From NCBI GenBank assembly GCA_030141605.1, contig JAQGDQ010000518.1:1-64000 (forward strand): DNA of 64,000 nt. The letters run 5' to 3'. The first letter of the stretch is position 1, and each line of letters starts with the position of its first letter. The notes under the pieces are model-generated. The model saw only the letters and a program-made list of their open reading frames with translations, was not told where the DNA came from and did not search any database. The position numbers and the translations under genes are program-made. Below are positions 52,025-64,000 of this stretch, in pieces. Origin of the DNA: Tubiluchus corallicola (lineage: Eukaryota; Animalia; Priapulida).

Positions 52025-52062
52025 AGAGTGACTAGCAGTGAAATCTAGCCAGTTTATATAGG
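52025..52062 (-). promoter_or_regulatory. Candidate TATA promoter for the Ig gene
   Basis: Minus-strand ctatataaa at about 52053-52061, with an Inr-like ctagtc about 25 nt downstream, upstream of the first Ig exon. This is inference only. Confidence 0.25.
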
Positions 52063-55000
52063 TAGAGAACTATGCAAAAACTTGGCTTCACATATCCCAT
52101 TACAGTGAAAATAGGGGAGATCCAGTGAGTTTGCATATTCACTGGACCGAGCAATTGTACTAAGGGTGAGTTTAATTAGTAAATGTTAAAGTAACTAATC
52201 AATAGATGGCAGCACCTAAAATATACAGTTGCAACTTTCACAAAAATCACGCACTCGGACAAAGAAACCAGAAATTAAGTAAATATTTTTCGTGAGAATT
52301 CAGTCTAGACCATTAATTCTGCTTAGGGCACAGTCTCACTCGGTACTATTGGTGGACACATCCTCAGTGCCAGCTCCACCAATGTAAAACATGTATCATA
52401 TTGCAATCAAATGTACAACCCATGCCAATGTGCGAGCGGCCCACGTAGTGTTTTCATAAAGGCGCCTACGATCTGCATGCAGCTGCTCATAGACTGAGAC
52501 TAAAAGAGATGATATATGAAGCCAGTGGTGTAGGTGATAGAGCAGGTTATTAACAGCCACAAGTGTGGCGTATTTACTATCTTTATCGACCCCGAGCACT
52601 CACGTCTGGATCATGTATCCATGGTTCTATGTAATGCACTGCCAAGATAAAGTAAATTAGCTGATACAACCATGAAATAAAAGCCTATTGTACGCCAACA
52701 GCTGACCATCACAATAATGTAATAATTCCATAAATCAGTGGTAAACTAAATAATGGATTCAAGGCTATGTTCTACTGCTCCCTTCCCGCTTAATTATAAT
52801 CAATGTTATAGATTGATTGATTGATTTAAACGAAATATTATTTATTTGGAGAAATCGATGCTTGACAAGTGTTCATTTGTTTGCTTCTGAAAAAAGGGGA
52901 GTTTTCACTTTTTATGTTATCGTTTCTTCCCGGTTGTTCAGCGCAAAAATGAGACGGAAAATAGTAACAAATTGGATTTTTAACCTAATAAAGCACATCA
53001 CGAAAACTCATGATATTCGTTACTTTGTTAGTTTAAACTTTATTTATTTAAAGTGGATTTGCAATACAGACTGGGTCTGATACCGGTATCTCCAAGTTCT
53101 AAGCTGCTAAAGGCAAGGTGCTCCACAAGAAGAATGGACGCCATCATTAATCTAACATTTCATTTGATGAAACTGTTAGTCCAGTTACAAGTCACAGCCA
53201 TTAGGTCCTGTGTCATGACATTAACACCTTCAGATCAAAGTCCAACCACTCTCAAATTACTGATGCTGTTAAAATTTGATATTTTTCTGAAAAATTGCGT
53301 AGAGACTGCCTTACTTCAAGATCCACGGAATTGAATTTTTTCAAAAAACAACAGCTGAGTTAACAGTATTTTAGCGCTAGAGCAACGTTAATGAATAAAT
53401 TCTCCCTCAGCAAGGCAAGCAGTCAAAATTTGAGAAATTGTAACGCAACTGAAACCACACAATACGAGAACTGAGTGCGCGGTCACTTATCCATCTCACT
53501 GACAGCTTCGGCGTTGCTTACTTTCGAGCCACTAGGCTATTCGTGTAGTTTCTCTATTTACCAATTTAAAAATACACTATAAAATGGGCTGCAAACTACA
53601 AGCGGGCACTGAAATTTAGACCATGGACAAGTAATTCTAGTATATCATGAGAAAAAAGCAACAATAAATTAAAAACCAACTTTGTCATCATCAATATTGT
53701 CAACAACAGCAACATGTTCATCACAATCAGTATTATTGTTGTTGTTTTCGCTATCGTAGTCGTCGTCGACGTCACCTTCGTCATCATCATCATCGTCATT
53801 GAAGTCGTCATCATTATTGTTATTATTATCAGCTAATATTCAACCGCTAATACTAGGAAATGGTATTTGAGAATGTAGGAGCTTTGGAGCATTGTAAGCA
53901 TTTAAACAGTGAATTTTAGCATTACATTTTCCTTTAAGACGTTGGTCGTTTGTCAAGCAGACAATTTTATTTCATAAACGCGCTGAGCCTTCAGTCCCAG
54001 TTGTTACTGGACGAGAAGACGTAATTTCCACTACGATTTTACATATAGATTTAACTGTTGCCTTAATGAATCACGAAGGACTTTGGCTGAAAAGTGCGAA
54101 GGCATTTTCACAGTTGGATCAAAGCTCACAATTTCCGTTTCGTTTGTCGCAAACTAATTGCAAAAGCAGTACAGAATGCTAGCAAGCGAGCACTAAATAC
54201 GAAGGGAGTAAAGATGACAAATGCAAAGGCAACGTAAAGTGGTGAATGAAGATTGTGGCTGGGTGAATGAAGAACTACCAACACCAACACTAATTTTAGT
54301 TACAATCTATTTTGACCATAAATCAGTCATCATGAATGATCGTTTTACATCACTGCTTTTCACCTGCGTAGACGAAGCTTTCTATTTACAGCCTTAATGT
54401 ACTGTTTGTGTAAGAATTCTGCACAACTAACAAAGAAAATAATAAACAACAAAAGAAGCTATTAGTTGATTGTATTAGTTTGTTATATAATGCATCATTT
54501 CTTGTTACATAATGATTGATTGCCATGTAGTGACGTCAAATTTGTTACATAATGACGAATTTTGTGATTTGTTACATAATAAATCTTAACAGCATTCAAC
54601 AAGACAGCGTGTAAGTGCACAAAATTTCAAGATGACTTTTCAAACACTATTTATAAAGTGTTTTCTTGTCATTTATCCGGGGATACACTGTATTGACATT
54701 CCAACGTGGCTTAGATACTCCTGCTGGTTCAACATCTCATGGACATAAAACTTTTGTAAATGGGCTAGATTCCTATCCCACCACAATCATCTACATCAAT
54801 TACATGCGGCCCGAGCCCTTGGGATGGGAGATTTTATAAGGATGGGCCACAATACTTCTCTATATTTGTGAACGTCTGATTTAGACAGAAATGTGTACGG
54901 TTCCTTACTGCCATTTATATGAGTCCATTTGTTGAACTAGCTACGTATAGGATGTAATAACTCGAAGCGACAAACACATTTATGTTAGTAATTAAACGAA

Positions 55001-55094
55001 ATATAACTTGAAAAGATATGACTAGCTCGAAGAGGTAACTTGCATATCTGCGTGAAATTTTTATATTCTCTAAATACGCTAGTTGGAATTAAAG

Positions 55095-55315
<221 letters not shown>

Positions 55316-56384
55316 ACTTTATCATCGTGCCCCTAATTAAAATTTTAGGCAACTGCATCTTTTGAAGCCGAATTGGTCATTATAAAATAACGGCTTCCAA
55401 ATGTTAAGAACTCGATTTTGTATAAATAAACGTCAACATTTTCCTGTCGACGTTTCCGCATGATGCCTTATAAGAGTATGAAATATGTTAGCACCCTCAG
55501 AACTCACAGGGTATAGTACCTCTCTGTTGTTTTTCAGTGGTTATAATTATAATTCTTGTACTTGAAATCAATTTTTGCGTTGCATAAAATATTAGTTCAC
55601 TTACGAGTCTAATAGCATTACAAAGAAGCATTTCCATAATTTCATTTATTAGAACATTTTAAAACTTCGCATAGTCGTGGCCATAGAAACCTAGAAACAC
55701 ACTACCTCACAAAATCAGTTTTATTATCAGTGATGAAAGACGGGCACCAGACCACGCTCCTTTTGGGCCATCTGTACTTTAATACCGGAATTCACATGTC
55801 AAAACAAGACGACGACTTCCGTTGTGTTTTGTCTGTTTGTTGTATTTCATCTTGTGTACACTGGCGTCAGATTTCCAACTTTAAGTCAAAGAGAGTAGAT
55901 TAATTCTTTGCAAAAAATGTCGGGTCTAAGTAAACAAACTTAAGCAACTCTTATAGAGAATTGGCTTGTTTGAAGTGAAACACAAGTCGTCGTTAATCTC
56001 TTTCATATATGGGAAAAATTTACAGATCGTACAGCTCGTAGAAGCAGTAAAACTGAAAATCAAATACCAAGTGAAATGACCGGGATATGACTGTTACCGG
56101 GAAGACAAAGATTTTGGTAATATTTTTGTAGTAAATTTACTTACAATGTTTAAAAATAACATGTTATATAGCTTGTATATACGACTAGACCACTGATAGT
56201 TTAGTCCTTTGAAGAGATCTCACAGAGGCCAGCCTCAGACCAGACCTCTGATAGGTCAGACCTCTGAAGAGTAGACTCCAGACACACCAGCCGTAGAGCA
56301 GATCCACAAAGAACAAACATATAGACACACCAGACTTCAGACTTACCAGCCAAAAAACAAACAAAACAAACAAACCAAACTAAT

Positions 56385-56528
56385 CGATTAGTTTGTTACA
56401 TACTGCATCATTTTTGTTACCTTGTTACGTAATGACTCAAAATTTGTTGCACAATGACGAATTCTTTGATTTGTTACAGAATACCGCATTGTTGCATAAT
56501 GAGCCTTTTGTTACATAATGAGCCTTAA
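56385..56528. repeat. Dispersed repeat built from tgttacataatg units, probably a DNA transposon terminus; related copy at about 54470-54590
   Basis: Both loci read attagtttgtta.at..tgcatcattt followed by repeated ttgttacataatga. Confidence 0.55.
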
Positions 56529-57949
56529 CCATACAGAACTTGCATCAGCAGTAACGCTTATAAAACTTAAAAATTTAAACTTCTATTATGACCAATAGGC
56601 GCAGGAATTTTAACCGTGTCGTTTGAATCAAGTTTAAATAACTTTGCTATAGTTAAAAAATAATCAGAGCACTCGTAGCACTTATTTCACTTACTAAGCA
56701 AAAGTGTAAATTACTTCATCTTGTCAATATAATTAATAACATATTTTAGGTGACTCAGTGACCTATTTTGGGACACACAGGGGCAGTGAAACACATACTT
56801 TTTACCAGGTGGTGCGAACGACTTCAATTATTAGGAATTTTCTTTTCCAAATTATATAAATCTTTCAAACAGATAAGCGCAATCCTAAGTAATATAACAT
56901 CGTATGGAAAGTTTTCGAGCCATACTTTAAAATTTCTTTTCTTTAAAATTAGCTTAAAATACTTGGAATGGTTTTGGCGGATTATATCAACTTCTGAACT
57001 TCATATCAACAGATCAGAATTTAAAATGTCAAAATAAATTTGAACGTAACAGGAGAAATTACTGAGAGAAATTACACAGGACATTTCTGTTACATCCACA
57101 TTTATTTTGACAACTTAAATTCTAATGTCTTTATTGTAATGACATTTTGTGCCTTTATATCTTAGTATCGTCAGTGTGATAATTATTCCTTTTTTGTATT
57201 TGATTTATTGTATTGAAAATGGCTTCGACAGCCCAAATGATCATCGTCTACACTCTATAAACATGTTTATTCCTAGAAGCTTTCTCTTCGTGTATTGCCT
57301 AACTGTTGTTTTCTAAAAACTGCAAAAAAACTTGGGGAAACAAGAAACTTTTATTGATTTTTTTTGTCAGAGAGTTGCAGCACGTTTCGCACATTGCGGA
57401 CCTCTCGTACTGGATCATCGGTTGCCGTTGCCGCACTATGAGACATGTGTACGAGTTAATGAAGTTGTGAGGCATCACATCATGTCTCATAGCCATTATT
57501 TTTCAAAGGTTAAACTGGTTTCGCTACTACGGCTTGTTTGTGTAACGATGCGAGAATTAACTTGCCCTGGAGACTAGTTTCAATCTGCAATTCACTCGCC
57601 CGCATGACGAGTTACACAAGCACCTCAATATTAATAATAATAGCAAGAATAAATTATCTCGCACGAAGCTGTACGGTTTGTTTAGCCAATTATCATTGTC
57701 TGCGCAACACTTTTTACGACACAGAATGTTACATCTCATTGCGAATGTAGAATTACCATTTGTAATGGAAAGCTATAGATTTTTGCAGGCTTGTTTGTTT
57801 CACTACGGAATGTCAAACTGTCGTGTTTTGAGTGTGTAAATCAATTTAACACAATTCACAATCGCAGTAAATGTTCAGGTCCTGAGAACTTGGCATTAGA
57901 TTTGTCATTTGGTCCTTTCTTATGTCACTCTCCTGCTTAAGCATTATTC

Positions 57950-58740
57950 TAGACTAGGTGTAGACTATAAAGGATTCATTGCCAAAAATAACTGTGTCCG
58001 TATTTGCTTCATCGATGCATTAAAAGCTTTCGACCGAATAAACTACTGTAAATTGTTTCTACAGCTACTTGATACTGAGTTATCTGCTATTACAGCACAC
58101 TTAACATGGGGGGGGGGCATTATTTCTGAACCCTTACAGTTTCGGATAGTATTAGACAAGGAAGTCTACTGTCGCCCGCATTTTTGACAATTATTTTTAT
58201 GATTTAAGTGTACAGTATACTAATTCTAAACTTGGTTGCGCAGTTGGTGAAAGGCATGTTAATCACCTATTATAAACTGATGCTTGTCTTTTGGCTTCAA
58301 CGAGCACTGCTCTTCAGCAGTTAATCAACATTTATAATGAGTTTGCAAAAGACAATGACATCTGCATCAAGTACTTTCTGTTAAGCCAAATAGCATGAGC
58401 AAATTACCAACAAGTGATGTGAGCATAGGTGACACATTACTCAAGCAAGTCAGTTGTGAAAAGCATCTGGGTCATGTAATTGACAATCAGGGAAGAGATG
58501 ACAAACAGATCGACAGACAGCGGTCTCTTTTTTACATCAGATCAAACAAATTGATTCGTACTTTCTCCAACTTTAGCCTCCAAGTTAAACGAAATTTTCT
58601 TTAGGTCTCATTATACACAATTTTTATTGCTCAGCACTTCGGTTGTATTATGTAGTACTTTTTATTGTATATGTGTGCTGAGATTGTTGTTTTTTACCTG
58701 GAATAAAGTGCATTTTATCTTATCTTTTTTTATCTTATAC
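57950..58740 (+). mobile_element. Decayed LINE reverse-transcriptase fragment with 3' tail
   Basis: FIDALKAFDRINY (RT D..KAFD motif), VLDK/VRQG-like segment, HLL*TD (ruined YADD), KHLGHVI, with frameshifts and stops. AATAAA at about 58702 is followed by a (ttatc)n-like tail. Confidence 0.8.
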
Positions 58741-60945
58741 AAATATTCGTTCGCAAATAGAGTATTCCCTGTCTGGAATGATCTTGATCATGAACGTGGT
58801 TAATTCACCAAACATCGCCACTTACTACCAAACTGTAACTTTTTTAAGCCGCTGCCATTTTAATCATTTCATGTAAGCTATTTTGATTTACCACAGTCTC
58901 TCTCTCTTTAAGTATTTAAGCTTTTTCATTTAACTATAAAATTTTTACAGCATAATAATTTGATATATAATCATGATTGTAAATATACTGTAAATTATTG
59001 TGTATTATATTTTACGGCCAACATAAATGCTACATAACTGCTGCTTTCTCCGTTTATAAAATATATTTTTCTAAATGTCCTTTTTGCCAAGGCAAGAATA
59101 CGCATCTGGCAGAAATCAATTTTTTATAGCTAAAGTATTCACCTTCAATAAACTATTGTGTCACGATATGACGATATAGTGACGCAATACGAAAACAGTG
59201 CGTGTAGACCCCCTTTTAAGCATACTTGCACAAACTACTATAATAAAACGTATGATAACATGTTTATGTAAGAACATGTTAAATAACTTACACCAAACTT
59301 GCAGCAAAAGCAAAAGTCAAGATATGCTGCAAATTCAGTCCACTATATTAAATGGTCCGGCAGACCATTCTGTCCAGCAGATATGTTAATGCGTTAATAC
59401 ACTTAAATATGGAAACTATTTCACGAATTATGCAATACTAATTAACTGTATCTGACAGAAACGGATACTGCGGATAAATTTACCTTAGAAATTAAATTCA
59501 AAAGAATGGCGCCCCAAAACATCAAATAGGTAACAATACCTACCCGTCTGCATAAGTTAATGATCACGGACTGAGTACTTAAAAACTATGGTTACAGTCT
59601 ATAACTTTTTTTGTTTACATCAGTTTGTGGGGGTGAAAACGTAAAATAACAAACTAACAATGCATAAGCTACCAACAAACAAATGAACAAACAGACAGAC
59701 AGACAAACAAACAAACAAGTAAGCAAGTATACAAACAAACATTAAAACAAGCAATGTACAAATGAACAGAACAAAAACAAACAAGGTGACAATGTCACAA
59801 ACTCATCGTCTTGAACAGAAGCCGATGAAAACAGAGAACTGGCGTCTCTTAAGAAGCTCACACAATCACAATGATTGTGATCTTTGCGCATGGGCGTCAC
59901 GTAGTATCGATTAATCTTTACTAAGAGTAAATGATTAGTTTCAATAAATAAAGGAAGGCTTTTCACATGATTATAAGATGTTTCCAACTGCTATGTTGTG
60001 AACTGCGAACATTAAGGTAAAATTAACTAAATACGTGATGGGAGGTCAGTGATGGCATGAACCCAGGATTATTGAATTTTTGAAACCAAACTCGACTGAA
60101 AGGAAGGAAAAGCAAATAAGTTTACATTAAGCCTAGATTTGAATCCGTGACTTTTTCATTTTTTTAAGCTAGTTCGAATTTTGTGACAGCAAGTAGTTAG
60201 TGGCCTGTAGGGAATCTGAATCTTTTGGTCTGAAAAGCTCAACAAACTCACATGTTCAAATGACACTTTCGGCAGAATTCAGAGACAGAGAAAACATATT
60301 TCTCGTGTCTCTGGCTGAATTACTACGATTTTCACTTAATAAACTTGTGATTCCATGCATTTCTAATGGACATGGTAATATCTCTGTGTAAAATGGCACA
60401 TGTGAAGGAGAAATGATATTGTTGCCCTGCTTAAAGTTAACCTTGAATTAGTCTTCTTTGTTGATACGAGCAAACCCAAAGGCCTAGATAATAAACTGTA
60501 GTACAGACATGCTTGTCGAGAACAAGAATAAAATCTGGTATCAGGTTGGGAATTTATTTTGGTTCCTAGATCTCGCTTATTTCGTGTTTAACTCAGAAAA
60601 AGGTGGGAGACTCGATGTATCAAACAAAATATTTTATCTAAAGTTTGTTCTCGAAAGGTTTATTAGCGTTTGATGTCCATTGCCGTGTCACCTGTATATA
60701 TTTGTAAATGAAAACAATAGTTAAAACATCACGATGTACTTATTTACATCATCATTTCATATGTAACGACATAACATAATAACTTCACAACATGACCTGT
60801 AAATAAAACATAATAGTGTTAGTCAACGTCACGAAATTAACAATTCGATGCATCATCATGAGATTCTTTGCTCCCAACACACTTAGTGTCTTTATTACAT
60901 GAGGAAAACCGACTCGTATAAGTCGGGAAAACCTAGCTTCCCTAT

Positions 60946-61423
60946 ATTGAATCATATAGTAATTCAGTCACATATTTAGCAGCTAGTACAACAGGCTGTA
61001 GAAGTATTTAAACGGTAATCTAAAGACAACACTGTTAAAGCTAAAAAGTGAATACATTAATACTAGAATTTCTGAAACAAAGCAAATTACTATTTGCTCT
61101 GTACGAGGTGCATGAAGAAAGAGTATATAATTATTTCTGTAGTTTTATTGTGGCCTTTTCATTAGACAGTTACATGGTTAATGATGCGATAAGACAGGTT
61201 TCCTATATACATACTTGCGCAAGAAAACTGGAGAAATAATTATATACTCTTTCTTTATGTACCTTAAGTACCTCCAATAGTAATTTGCTTATTTCAGAAA
61301 TTCTAGTATTAATGTATTCACTTTTTAGCTTTAACAGTGTTCTCTTTAGATAACCGTTTAAATACTTCTATAGCCTGTTGTACTAGCTGCTAAATATGCG
61401 ACTGAATTACTACATGATTCAAT
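60946..61423. repeat. Foldback inverted repeat with arms of about 200 bp and a loop of about 77 bp
   Basis: 60946-61146 is the near reverse complement of 61224-61423 (e.g. tatttagcagctagtacaacaggct / agcctgttgtactagctgctaaata). Confidence 0.92.
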
Positions 61424-61451
61424 CTGGCCAGACATGCTAGCATTATCTCTG

Positions 61452-61710
61452 TATGCTACCTAGACAAACAAGATAATATGTTACCTAGACAGACAAGAGA
61501 ATATGCTGCGTAGACAGACAAGAGAATATGCGACCTAGACAGACAAGAGAATATGCTACCTAGACAGACAACAGAATATGCTAACTAGACATACGAGAGA
61601 ATATGCTAACTAGACAGGCAAGAGAATTTTCTACCTAGACATACGAGAGAATACGCTAACTAGACAGACAAGAGAATATGCTACCTAGACAGGCAAGAGA
61701 ATTTGCTACC
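61452..61710. repeat. 25-bp degenerate minisatellite, about 10 copies
   Basis: Unit tagacagacaagagaatatgctacc starts at 61486, 61511, 61536, 61561 and so on. Confidence 0.85.
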
Positions 61711-62621
61711 AAGAATCAACTTGTTGTGTTAGTTCATTATTATTCGCAGACGATCGTTTCGATTAAGCAATCTTTCTTAATGCTATAAATTAAACCAAAT
61801 GGGAACATTGTTGATTCCAAACACTGACTTTTTCTCGTATTTATTATTATTATTATTATTATTAACTGGAATAGCTAATAAGTTAGTAATGGGTTATCAT
61901 GCGGGTCATAACTTATACAGGTCATGGTATCCGTAAATCTCACTGAATGGATTGATAACAATATGAGTTAGTAAATCGTAAGTTAGCAAAAGTTACGGAG
62001 TTCAAACCTTGATTATTAGAACAACGTATTTGGTACTTTCTTCATCCAAGTTCCCCTGATTAGAGTAAAATTCGTAAAAAAATCCCCATTTTGCTTTACA
62101 ACTATTACAGTCGTTACTACCCAAGTAAGACAGCACTCGTGCAAACTGTTATTGCAAGACACAATGTCATCACTTGCAGAGAAATAGTTATTCTCCTGGA
62201 AGAAATGCTGATTCCCGTAATAGATTCTGAAGCCTCCCTCTAACAAATTCCTTACTTATACGCAATTGATGGTAATCAGAAAATAATATCCCGCAAAATG
62301 ACAAACGTTCACGGCTTCTGGCTTGCGGGGTTATTTTTTGCTATGTACGCATGAATAGAACAAGCGGTATGATTACCTATGCGTGTGAACGATCGAGGTT
62401 ATAACTGAGTGGTCACGATTTATGCTTAACGGTCCAAGTAGAACACCGATTCTCGTGAAACAAGCGAATGGGTGGGCACCTGGAAAATACACCTGTAATT
62501 TTGGTTTCAGTTTCTTAATTAGTTAGTTAAAGTTTGTTCTGTTACAGCAAAAAATCATACAACTGAAGACGTTATAATAATTCTTTTCACAGCTTCGACG
62601 TGCGCCCGGGCAGTTGCTGTA

Positions 62622-62968
62622 GGTCAAAGGTTAAGTGTACCACAGCAACGCGTCTTAACTACTACCTTCACGTAACATGTGGGTAAAGAAAAGCAGTCTG
62701 CCTCATCAGTTCAGTAACTTCATTTGTTTTACGTGGACTTTACTTAAATATGCATTAACCTGTGCGTAGAGCGATTTACTAGCAAGATTTTGCTTAGGAA
62801 GAAGAAACATGAACTAGGTAAGGTTCTAGCTAGCTGTTAAAACTGTTACAATTAAAATTGCATGGGTTCTAGCTAGCTGTTAAAATTGTTACAATTACAA
62901 TTGCATGGGCTGCGAGGCATTATCAAGTGTACACAAATGCGTTGTTTAGTACACTTAACCTTTGAACC
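62622..62968. mobile_element. Small MITE-like element with a 17-bp perfect inverted repeat and an internal 43-bp duplication
   Basis: tcaaaggttaagtgtac (62624-62640) pairs with gtacacttaacctttga (62949-62965). The duplication starts at 62822 and 62865. Confidence 0.55.
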
Positions 62969-63199
62969 TTTTCATGATCACCATCAATCGCTGGAACTGT
63001 GAAAAGGATTATTATGATTTGTTTTTCGAAGTCAAGTGATGTCGGATGTGAAAATTTTGATGACCTTTTTCTAGAGAAATGCGCCTGCCTTTTCATAAGA
63101 CTAAAAGAGTGGTGTGTGGAGTTGTTCTATAGAAGTTATAGACTAAGAATATGTCAGAAATACAACAAATCATCATCATTAAGCTGATAAATCAGATGT

Positions 63200-63926
63200 A
63201 GACAAATTTGAACAATATTTTAAAGTAGTTCGTCAAGACAAAGCGAAAGGGGGATTGATATTTAAGTGAAATTGATGTCAACAGTTGGCGCTGTGCAAGT
63301 TATGGCTCTTACTGCTCGAGTAGATGCACTGAAAGAAAAATTGATGTTCTCAACAAGAAACTCGACAGGCTACTAGCAATAGCAGTTGGAAACGAAATTG
63401 GATGCAAGTTTGCAAGTTATTTAGAAAACTTGTGTCGTCGATGTCAAAATGAATGGAAGATGTAAGCAGTTTGAAATCAAACAAAATGTTCTTGAAAGAT
63501 CACTTATAGAAGCAGAAGTTCGATGAATACGAAACAATTGATTATCCTATCCCATACCTGAATCAACAGATGAAAAATGTGAATTGCTAGTTAGACATTA
63601 AATGTCTAATTCTATGGGATTGGACATAAAAGTCGTTAGTTTATTTAAATTCGACAGAGTACACAGTGTGAGTTGCAAGGAAGAAAATAGCTCCAAAATA
63701 CGTTCAATCGTCGCTTAGATTTAATTTTTTTTCTCTGACAAGGAGCTAGTGCGGAACGTAGCACCAGTGCTAACAGGTTCAAAGCTAGGAGTAGCAGAGC
63801 AATACACCAGATATATTGTGTAGAAGAGGAAGAAATTATTCCCTATTATGCGTGTAGCAAGACAACAAGGGAAAAAGGCGCTGATCAAGATCGATCAATT
63901 ATATATAGATGGCGAGATTTACTAGG
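63200..63926 (+). mobile_element. Decayed non-LTR retrotransposon ORF1 (coiled coil plus RRM-like region)
   Basis: Broken translation FKFDRVH..IRSIVA*F..DKELVRN..LGVAEQYTR..KRKKLFPIMRVARQQGKKALIKIDQLYIDGEIY* resembles L1/CR1-type ORF1 C-termini. Confidence 0.7.
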
Positions 63927-64000
63927 AAAACGATTGTGGTTTTGCATAGGGCTGGCATGACGAGCAATGCAAAAATGTTTCAAATTTCATTCATTCTGTT

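Overview
AT-rich, intron- and repeat-rich eukaryotic DNA, most likely from an invertebrate animal; the species cannot be determined from the sequence. By tracing splice sites and intron phases by hand I reconstruct three co-oriented, multi-exon genes on the minus strand. (1) A lachesin/DIP/IgLON-type gene with 3 Ig domains and a probable GPI anchor, with coding exons from 49295 down to 31104; its signal-peptide exon was not found. (2) A complete 18-exon metazoan chitin synthase (28504->8541, about 1465 aa, no myosin motor domain). (3) The 5' part of a type II membrane carbohydrate sulfotransferase resembling CHST15/GalNAc4S-6ST (5043->1088), which runs off the left edge. Introns and the right-hand intergenic region carry minisatellites (19, 25, 27, 35, 46 and 64 bp units), microsatellites, TTAA-flanked MITE-like elements, a large foldback inverted repeat and decayed LINE fragments. 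Most long ORFs in the supplied track are repeat artefacts. There is no CRISPR array, rRNA or convincing tRNA. The main leads are the chitin synthase-sulfotransferase adjacency, a GC-AG intron with a duplicated in-frame acceptor, and repeat structures able to affect splicing. All remain hypotheses.
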